This document shows positions 54,373-62,068 of a stretch of DNA of 64,000 nt, piece by piece (the stretch's first letter is position 1; each line of letters starts with the position of its first letter). Where the stretch lies: the sequence record NC_021531.1; one strand, written 5' to 3'. The notes under the pieces are model-generated. The model was given only the letters and a program-made list of their open reading frames with translations. It did not search any database and had not been told where the DNA came from. The translations under genes were made by a program, and so were the position numbers.

Positions 54373-55218
54373 ATGCCTATCTTAAAACGACCCGAGCAGT
54401 TAATAGTCGATCGGATTAACCTTGAGAATAAGACCGACTTAAAGCTTACCGACGTAACTTTATTTACGCCGCGTACGCCAACCACTGCTGACGAGATACA
54501 GACCGCGCAAGGTCGTAACACGGTCGTCCGTATCGCTGCGACACCGCTGGCTAATGCGACCGGGGCGACGTTTGTGTACTATAACCGCCTTGACTTCACC
54601 GCAATGTTCACTGATGCCGATGGTATTCAACCGTTGGTGGTTCCAGTAAACTTTGACACGGTGTTTACGGCGTGGGATGTTGTGTCGTTCATTAACCAGT
54701 ATTACGGGCTGATGCTCGAGACGAAAGATGTGTTGGAAGAGACCATCAATCGTGCTGAATGGACGGTGCAGCTGAAGGCCCATCCTGAGTCCCTTGGCTG
54801 GATTGGCGAAGTGCCTGTTAAACTGGTGCGTGGCGATGCGTTAATTCCAACGAACTTCACCAATGTGCAAATCGCGCCATATGCCTACCCGCACTTCAAC
54901 ACGAAGGTCGGACAGGGTGCCATTTATTCGTACCCGTGGCGTTTTGATGAGTTCGCGGCGGAGCTGCGAGATATGGGCATTACAACCAACGAAGTACGCT
55001 TGGCGCAAATGCTCAAGAAAGTCACTGCGGACAGCTGGATGGTGTACCGTAGTCCGGTTGATTTCAATCTGAAAGAAGCACGGGTCGTGTATAACGGCAA
55101 AAACAGCCGTGACCTACCGACCAACCCCTCAGTTGACAACGTGATGATTATCGAGTTGTCGCTGTACTGTCTCAACTTTGGCGGGCGCTTGTACCTGCAT
55201 TACAATGACCCTGAATAA
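54373..55218 (+). CDS. tail/baseplate paralogue family protein 3
   Basis: Same pattern, ends GRLYLHYNDPE. Confidence 0.75.
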   Translation: MPILKRPEQLIVDRINLENKTDLKLTDVTLFTPRTPTTADEIQTAQGRNTVVRIAATPLANATGATFVYYNRLDFTAMFTDADGIQPLVVPVNFDTVFTAWDVVSFINQYYGLMLETKDVLEETINRAEWTVQLKAHPESLGWIGEVPVKLVRGDALIPTNFTNVQIAPYAYPHFNTKVGQGAIYSYPWRFDEFAAELRDMGITTNEVRLAQMLKKVTADSWMVYRSPVDFNLKEARVVYNGKNSRDLPTNPSVDNVMIIELSLYCLNFGGRLYLHYNDPE

Positions 55219-55231
55219 GGAATATCGTTAA

Positions 55232-56152
55232 ATGAAACCGTTAAACAAAACTGCCGACTTGCTGGTACTGGACCTCATCAATGAGGCCAACGTTGATGCG
55301 AACCTCGACCTGTCCAAAGTCGTTCTGCTTCCTCCTGTTGATAACGACGAAGAAGACGCGATTCGTAACTCCAAGCTGACCGTTAAAGCCCGTAAAAACT
55401 CCGGCTTTATCAAAACACAAGACGTGACCTACGACCGTCTGGTGGGTGAGGCTCTGTTCCGTAATGTGGCGGCGTATCTGGATGTGAAACTGCCAACTAA
55501 GTCAGAAGACCTGTTGGCGACGCTGAACAAACAATACGGCCTGAAGATTCAGCCGGAGGACATTGTCTCTGCGCCGATTGCTCCGGATACCAACCCACCG
55601 CTGGAAGACCCGGAAGCTGATGCACCGCCTGCCGTACAGCACACCATCACCTTCAAAGACGATTGCTATGCGTTTAAAGGTGCTATCAATGTGCTTATCG
55701 GTGAGCGTCCTCAGGTAGGTGAGCGCCTGTCTCTGGTCATCACCAAAACTAAACTGGATGGTATCGCATACCCGGATGGTCACAGCGCCAGCAAAGGTCA
55801 GGCGTACATCTACTCGTACGGTACCGACTGCACTGCGATTCAGGGCTTCCTGAGCAAACTCGCAGTGGGTACGGCGTTGGACGACACCGCCACAGCTACC
55901 GAGCTGAACAAAGTCTTCCCGGAAGAGTGGGTGGCGGTAGAAGGTACTGCCGACTACAACCTGAAAGGGGCAACTGTAGTCTACGCGGGTTCTACTACTG
56001 AAACTGTTACAGACCCGAAAGATTCCGGGTCTACCATTCAGCAGGATGTGCCGGGTGCCGATATGAGCTACAACTCTATCGTCAAGCTGAAACTCGACGA
56101 TTCCAACTGCGCCAACTTCCAGGGCGAATTGTTCCTGCACTTTAACGCGTAA
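55232..56152 (+). CDS. tail/baseplate paralogue family protein 4
   Basis: Same pattern, ends GELFLHFNA; strongest codon bias in the array. Confidence 0.75.
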   Translation: MKPLNKTADLLVLDLINEANVDANLDLSKVVLLPPVDNDEEDAIRNSKLTVKARKNSGFIKTQDVTYDRLVGEALFRNVAAYLDVKLPTKSEDLLATLNKQYGLKIQPEDIVSAPIAPDTNPPLEDPEADAPPAVQHTITFKDDCYAFKGAINVLIGERPQVGERLSLVITKTKLDGIAYPDGHSASKGQAYIYSYGTDCTAIQGFLSKLAVGTALDDTATATELNKVFPEEWVAVEGTADYNLKGATVVYAGSTTETVTDPKDSGSTIQQDVPGADMSYNSIVKLKLDDSNCANFQGELFLHFNA

Positions 56153-56160
56153 CAACACCC

Positions 56161-56197
56161 CGGGGGAGATCACTCCCCCGGTTCATCTGCTATTTTT
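56161..56197 (+). terminator. hairpin/terminator inside the paralogue array
   Basis: cgggggag-atca-ctcccccg followed by a delayed T tract. Confidence 0.7.
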
Positions 56198-56215
56198 GAT
56201 TAGAAGGATGGTATT

Positions 56216-57235
56216 ATGCCAAGTCCATATGCCAAGCCCTCGCAGCAGTTATTTTGGGATTTGGTAAACCGTTCGAATCCTCAGCTTAAGATTCCTTTGT
56301 CAGACGACAACTGCGTTATTTACGGCTACCCTGTGAGTGTTACCCCGAGTGCTGCGACGGGTATGCGTAACACCCGCATTCGTTTGTATGCCAAAGTCGG
56401 CAAAGGGTATAAAGGGGAAATATTCCTTTACTACAACCGCCTGAGCATCACCTCGTTCTTTACGGGCATAGGCACAGTCGTGACCAATTACGCGGCCTAC
56501 AACTATCTCCTGGTTCTGGCGGCTTTCAATAATACTTACGGATTATCCCTCACCAGCACTGACCGAACTTATAACACAAGCCGGAACCCGCCGCCGTGGA
56601 CACTGGGGATGACCATCCCAGACATTATGCGATATGACGGGAGTTACTCATTAGGTAGCTCGGGTGCTGATAACACCATGCTCTTTACCACCTGTCCAGA
56701 ATCACTATGCTGGATTGGCGGTCAAAATATAAACATTAGCCGTATCCGCGGCAACCCTGACTTCGGAACCTTGATTACCAAGCCTGAGATTGCGCAGATG
56801 CGTAAAGTCCCAGTAATGCCGGAAGGTACGTATGACACCGCCCTGCTGACGTGGGGGTACGACTTCACGGATAATTTACCGACGATCTCAAACTTTTTGG
56901 GCAACCCATCGAGCCGCACGTATCAAGTCAACCTCGCCGCAATGCTGGCACAAGTGACGGGTCTACCGTTCGCATGGGGCAGCGGCAACGCCGCCGGCGC
57001 GTTAGACCTGCAAGGGTTTACGTATAACAATTACCAGCAGGCGATTGGGTCGAGGGCGCATTACAATTCCGACGATTTCAACCGGTGTCTGGTAATATAT
57101 CGTGATTATTCCGCAGCGTCCCCACCGCTAGGTTCGGGCTGGTCTACCGAAGGGTGGCAGGGGATGAGTCCTGACCAAGACGATGTGAATGTCACGTTAT
57201 TCCGCCACGCTGTTTTCATGCACTACAACGTCTAA
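56216..57235 (+). CDS. tail paralogue family protein 5 (divergent, with insertions)
   Basis: Family N-domain and TWGYDFT retained; extra loops; ends VFMHYNV. Confidence 0.75.
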   Translation: MPSPYAKPSQQLFWDLVNRSNPQLKIPLSDDNCVIYGYPVSVTPSAATGMRNTRIRLYAKVGKGYKGEIFLYYNRLSITSFFTGIGTVVTNYAAYNYLLVLAAFNNTYGLSLTSTDRTYNTSRNPPPWTLGMTIPDIMRYDGSYSLGSSGADNTMLFTTCPESLCWIGGQNINISRIRGNPDFGTLITKPEIAQMRKVPVMPEGTYDTALLTWGYDFTDNLPTISNFLGNPSSRTYQVNLAAMLAQVTGLPFAWGSGNAAGALDLQGFTYNNYQQAIGSRAHYNSDDFNRCLVIYRDYSAASPPLGSGWSTEGWQGMSPDQDDVNVTLFRHAVFMHYNV

Positions 57236-57249
57236 CCGGAGTAAAAAGA

Positions 57250-58143
57250 ATGTCACGTAACCTTTTCTATTACACCGGATTAGAACGTGTGATGCGAGCA
57301 ATCTCCTTGGCGAATGGGCTTAACCCCACCGTAACCGTCGATAACTGCATCATTTCAAAACCTGCGCCGGTGGCAGGGAGCTGGAAAGAAGTGACCACGA
57401 CCAAAAACACCGTGGTGAAAATTTCCCAAACAGTTCCGGCCGTCACGTACAACGGTAAAAACTGGGTTGTGTACGACCGCGTCCCTATTTCTGCGATGCT
57501 TAATCGTTTACCTGACCCGACGGTTCTACGAGTTGACAATCCGAAAACCGTAAAAGATCTACTGCGCGCAATTAACCGACGTTGGGGTATCGGGTTAGAA
57601 GACCGCGATATTATTGACGACCCGATCGTTTTGGACAGCGATGGGAAAGCGACGGTCACGATGATGATTCATCCGGACAGTTATCTCTACACGGGCAGTT
57701 TCACGTTCAGTGTGGTACCGGGCGATGCCATGTTAAGTGAGAACGTTACCACAACGGCACAAGCTGGCTTTACTTATCCTGACGGTAATATCGACTATGT
57801 CGGCGGTCAGAAGGGTTATGCTCAGCCATACAGCTACAGTTTTGACTTCACTTTAAAAGAGACAGAGCTGCGTGCGCTGAAAGTCGGTACCGACCTCACT
57901 GGTCTGGCGGATATCCTGACCTATATCACGAAGACAACATGGACAGACTCGGCATCTGATGCCGATAACGCCTACACGGTTACGGGTGCTGAGATTCTGT
58001 ACAACGGACTGAACAGTACGGACTACCCAACCAGTTCGGCCTTTAAATATCTGGTGATTGTGAAGATGGGTCCAAAGTGTAAGCTGCAAGGGAAGATGTA
58101 CCTGCAGTTCAACGACAAGGATGACCCGAACTCCCCTAACTAA
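57250..58143 (+). CDS. tail paralogue family protein 6
   Basis: Same pattern, ends GKMYLQFNDKDDPNSPN. Confidence 0.75.
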   Translation: MSRNLFYYTGLERVMRAISLANGLNPTVTVDNCIISKPAPVAGSWKEVTTTKNTVVKISQTVPAVTYNGKNWVVYDRVPISAMLNRLPDPTVLRVDNPKTVKDLLRAINRRWGIGLEDRDIIDDPIVLDSDGKATVTMMIHPDSYLYTGSFTFSVVPGDAMLSENVTTTAQAGFTYPDGNIDYVGGQKGYAQPYSYSFDFTLKETELRALKVGTDLTGLADILTYITKTTWTDSASDADNAYTVTGAEILYNGLNSTDYPTSSAFKYLVIVKMGPKCKLQGKMYLQFNDKDDPNSPN

Positions 58144-58154
58144 CGGAGGCTGCT

Positions 58155-58973
58155 ATGGCTTTGTATAGCCAGTCTCAGCAACAGTATCTGGTGGATGCTA
58201 TTAACGCCCAAAACCCGGGCGCTATTGACTTACTGACGTTGAAGAACTGCTTCATCGGTAAGCCTAAAGCTATCACCCAGAACTTTCCGACCGACCCGAA
58301 TACCGAAATCACGGTACGTGGTCGTCCGGGGAGCGGGTACAACGGTTCGCAAACGTTCCGTTACACTCGCTTGTCGCTGAGTGATTTGTTCAAAAACTTT
58401 ACGCCTGTGATTACCATGCCGGGTATCGGCACAACGTTACAAGCGGTAGCCAACATTAACGGGCGGTACGGGTTAAACCTTTTGCCTGAAGATGTGGTGT
58501 CGTATTACTTGTACCGCAACTCTTTAAGCCCGTTGCGGGTTTACGGAACCAGTTTGCAGTACACTGGTAGCGTGAATATCAAATACGTGCCGGGCCCGTA
58601 CAGCTTGGAAGAACTGGTGGTAAACAACATCTTAAATGAGTTGAACCACCCGATTGACCCTGACGACGGGAAAAAATGCGGGACAATGCTTGCCTACGGT
58701 GTGGACTTTACTGATGAGTACCAGCTACTCAGCTCGTTTACCGCCGGACCGTTGGGTACTGGAGATAACTTCACCTCTGGCCGTAGTCAGGCGCTGGTTG
58801 ACATGATGGAATCACACGGACTCCCACGTTGGGACTTTACCGGCGCTCGTGTACAAGTGAAAACCACTGCCAATGAAACCCGTGCCGATAAGCGATTCGA
58901 CCGGGTACTTGTTATTACGCTAGTTAACGACCCCGACGTGGCAGGCGATTGGCTACTCCACTACAATATTTAG
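58155..58973 (+). CDS. tail paralogue family protein 7
   Basis: Same pattern, ends GDWLLHYNI. Confidence 0.75.
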   Translation: MALYSQSQQQYLVDAINAQNPGAIDLLTLKNCFIGKPKAITQNFPTDPNTEITVRGRPGSGYNGSQTFRYTRLSLSDLFKNFTPVITMPGIGTTLQAVANINGRYGLNLLPEDVVSYYLYRNSLSPLRVYGTSLQYTGSVNIKYVPGPYSLEELVVNNILNELNHPIDPDDGKKCGTMLAYGVDFTDEYQLLSSFTAGPLGTGDNFTSGRSQALVDMMESHGLPRWDFTGARVQVKTTANETRADKRFDRVLVITLVNDPDVAGDWLLHYNI

Positions 58974-58985
58974 TAGGAAACGAAA

Positions 58986-59864
58986 ATGGCAATTTATCAA
59001 CCATCGAAAGAGGTGCTGTTGGCCGCTGTTAATGCTCAGAACTCCTTGAACATTAAGCTGACCGACATCACCTATAGTGCCCCCAAAGACATTCGCGGGA
59101 CTGACCAGGCAACCACAACCCAGCGTAACACTCTGGTAAAAATCACCGCCACACCGACCGGGTCGTGGACAGGTAAAAAGAACCTCTTCTATACCCGTCT
59201 GAACATTGAAGATATCCAACAGCTGATCGGTGACACCTTGCAGGTTGGCGGTGTTGAAAAGCTTCACGATGCGCTGATTGGGCTGAACAACCGTTACGGT
59301 TTTGCGTTTGAGCCCGAAGATTTGGTGAATACCGATTTGGAGTGGGAGCCTGACGGTCAAACAGGTTTCTTAGACGTCACCGCCGAGGCTGACTCGCTCG
59401 GTTGGATCGGCACTGCCCGCTTTAAACTGGTGAAAGGTGATGAGTCGCTGCAAACTGCGGTTACCACGACCACCCTGAACGGCCTGAAGTATCCGAACGG
59501 CGATATGGGCTCTGTCAACCAGACGGCTATCCTTGCCGAGGTTTACTCCTATCCGTTCGACTTCACCACACAGCGCGATGCGTTGCTGGTGTTCGGGACG
59601 GGCGTGTTGGCAGCAGGCGCTACCCTCAACAACCTTGTCGGTATCCTCAACCCAATTACGGGTACCACGTGGGTGGCGTCGAACGCAGCATCGTGGGGTC
59701 TGTTGGGTGCGGAAATCACTTACAACGGCCTCAACAAAGCCGAGTTCCCAACCAACAGCAAGTACAAGTACGCGATGGCAATCAAACTGCCAGCTACTAC
59801 CACTAACATCAAGGGCACGCTGTACGTCCAGTATAACGACCCTGACGACCCGAACGAGGTGTAA
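58986..59864 (+). CDS. tail paralogue family protein 8
   Basis: Same pattern, ends GTLYVQYNDPDDPNEV. Confidence 0.75.
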   Translation: MAIYQPSKEVLLAAVNAQNSLNIKLTDITYSAPKDIRGTDQATTTQRNTLVKITATPTGSWTGKKNLFYTRLNIEDIQQLIGDTLQVGGVEKLHDALIGLNNRYGFAFEPEDLVNTDLEWEPDGQTGFLDVTAEADSLGWIGTARFKLVKGDESLQTAVTTTTLNGLKYPNGDMGSVNQTAILAEVYSYPFDFTTQRDALLVFGTGVLAAGATLNNLVGILNPITGTTWVASNAASWGLLGAEITYNGLNKAEFPTNSKYKYAMAIKLPATTTNIKGTLYVQYNDPDDPNEV

Positions 59865-59867
59865 TCC

Positions 59868-60695
59868 ATGTTGTCCTACAAAAAGCCCTCTAATGAGCTG
59901 GTATACGACCTGATTAACCTCGCCAACCCCGACTTGCCGATTCCGGTTGATGCTAACAACGTTATCATCGAAAAGATTACGGAAGTCGCGGTGAACGCTG
60001 CGTCTAATAACCGCAACACCTCCGCGCGTTTGCGTGGGGTGCAAGGGATGGGGTATACCGATTCGGTAACGTTGTTTTACGACCGCATCGATTTGAAAGC
60101 GATTCTCCCACTGTACACTCAATCGAAAGCCGGCTTTACGACGTTTACAGCTACCAATGTGCACTCTGCTTTAGCGGCAATCGAAGAAGCGTTCGGCGTC
60201 AAATTCGGTACCATGGACGTGGTGAATACCGGTTTATCCGGTGCTAATACGCCAGATTACACGTACCAGTTTAATCTGACAGCACAGCCCACCTCTCCAG
60301 CGTACCGCGGTTCTCAGGCAGTGCGTTATTACCGGGGTAAACCTGTGTTAGATACGTCGATTACCAAAGACGCGTTGGATGTCTTAAAGCATCCGATTGA
60401 TGAAACGTTAGGTAAAAAGTGTATCGACCTGTTGACTTACGGTATCGACTTCACGGCGTACAAGAACCTGCTGAACGTGACCTCTGCGGGACTACCAAAC
60501 TGGGCAGGATTGCGCACGGTACTGGATCAACTGGGGATTCCGCAGTACGATGGGCCGCTGAACTCTAACACCGTGCAAGATGTCGCAACTTCCACCATGC
60601 CAACGGCGAACAAGAACTTCGACCGCGTTGTGGTGCAGACCGGCATTGACGACACTGGCGTTAAAGGCGTGGCTTATTACCACTATAATAGTTAA
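59868..60695 (+). CDS. tail paralogue family protein 9
   Basis: Same pattern, ends GVAYYHYNS. Confidence 0.75.
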   Translation: MLSYKKPSNELVYDLINLANPDLPIPVDANNVIIEKITEVAVNAASNNRNTSARLRGVQGMGYTDSVTLFYDRIDLKAILPLYTQSKAGFTTFTATNVHSALAAIEEAFGVKFGTMDVVNTGLSGANTPDYTYQFNLTAQPTSPAYRGSQAVRYYRGKPVLDTSITKDALDVLKHPIDETLGKKCIDLLTYGIDFTAYKNLLNVTSAGLPNWAGLRTVLDQLGIPQYDGPLNSNTVQDVATSTMPTANKNFDRVVVQTGIDDTGVKGVAYYHYNS

Positions 60696-60700
60696 CCGTG

Positions 60701-60730
60701 GGGAGAGGGGAAACCCTCTCCCTCTTTTTT
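60701..60730 (+). terminator. intrinsic terminator, GAAA loop
   Basis: gggagaggg-gaaa-ccctctccc plus T tract. Confidence 0.85.
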
Positions 60731-60743
60731 GAAGGGTATTGCA

Positions 60744-62060
60744 ATGGGACCTTTTAATTTACCCTCTGCGGAACTTGTTTGGCAACAGGTTAACCGGGAC
60801 AATCCTCAATTACCGTACCCCGTAAACGGGAAGAATGTGGTGTTATTGCAGGGCCCTTTTACAACCGGACTAGGGGACACTGGCCGAAACACGCGCATCA
60901 TTGTGAATGGGCAGGGTGCTCAGTATTCCGGTAAAACCACGTTGTGGTATGACCGCATTGCGTTAGGCAGTCTGTTCAGTGGCTTGCGTGTGCCAGTAAC
61001 GATTCCTTATCATGCGACCACGCTACGCGAAATTATCGCGTCGGTATCCGAGACATGCGGTGTGCTTTTAACCGCTGACGATTTAAATGCGCCAGATATG
61101 AACATTGGCGCAGTGACCGTCAACACCGCGAACTTAAACATCGCCGTAAAAGCAGAATGCCCTGCATATACGGGGGTGTTGCCGATAGTGTGGACACGTG
61201 AACCTCCGAGTTTGGTTGACTTATATGCAGACACAGAAACGACGGCGTGGGAGTTGCCTGATATTTACACGACTGTGTATCAGTTAGACTGGACCCCGTA
61301 TACCTCGCAGCTGACGGCGCTGGCCACGAATGCGGGACTTACTCGTAACTCAGCAGGGGTTATTAACTTCGTGGGCGCACTTGCGGCCTGGTCAGGCATT
61401 CCGTTTACCATCGGTACCGCCCCGAACGATGACCCTTACGACCTTTATGGGTACATTGCATCGCGCGACACTAATCCGGGTATTAATCCCGAGATGCGTG
61501 GTGAGTTTAACGGATGTCTTAAACTGACGCCGCCGGCGGCGCTGCTTAACATGCGTCGACCTTTATACCTTCACTACTCTCGCAAAGATGGTAAGGTCTA
61601 TTTGGCGCAGGAGGCCGATTTGCAGCGTTATGCAAATGCTAAGGGTATCGAAACGCCGAGTTTTACCGGTCCGGTGGTTGCTAATACCGGGAAGCCGGTG
61701 CTGGCACGAACGCCGTTGGCAGTTGCCGCCGACACGTTGTTAGGCACACCGTACGGTTCTTATATGCTGGGCAACGTGTACTGGCCACGGTTGATGCAAC
61801 ATGCATACCCTACACAGGCGCTATATGAGGCAGCGGCAGCTAAAAACCTCCTAACGATGGCCCTGTGTACGTTAGTAACGTTTGCTTCCACGACGGTTCC
61901 TGGGTTGGCGCGTAACGGCTATACAAGTTTGGCTGCAACGTCCACACAAGGGTGGAAGTTGACGCAATTCGTTTACTACGACAGTGATGCGGGTGGTTAT
62001 AAAACGTATGATCCGTTCAGTAAAACAGCACCGGTTAACTGGTACCCACCGTATGCTTGA
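60744..62060 (+). CDS. tail paralogue family protein 10 with extra C-terminal domain
   Basis: Family pattern up to PLYLHYS, then about 155 further residues. Confidence 0.75.
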   Translation: MGPFNLPSAELVWQQVNRDNPQLPYPVNGKNVVLLQGPFTTGLGDTGRNTRIIVNGQGAQYSGKTTLWYDRIALGSLFSGLRVPVTIPYHATTLREIIASVSETCGVLLTADDLNAPDMNIGAVTVNTANLNIAVKAECPAYTGVLPIVWTREPPSLVDLYADTETTAWELPDIYTTVYQLDWTPYTSQLTALATNAGLTRNSAGVINFVGALAAWSGIPFTIGTAPNDDPYDLYGYIASRDTNPGINPEMRGEFNGCLKLTPPAALLNMRRPLYLHYSRKDGKVYLAQEADLQRYANAKGIETPSFTGPVVANTGKPVLARTPLAVAADTLLGTPYGSYMLGNVYWPRLMQHAYPTQALYEAAAAKNLLTMALCTLVTFASTTVPGLARNGYTSLAATSTQGWKLTQFVYYDSDAGGYKTYDPFSKTAPVNWYPPYA

Positions 62061-62068
62061 GGTGAATC

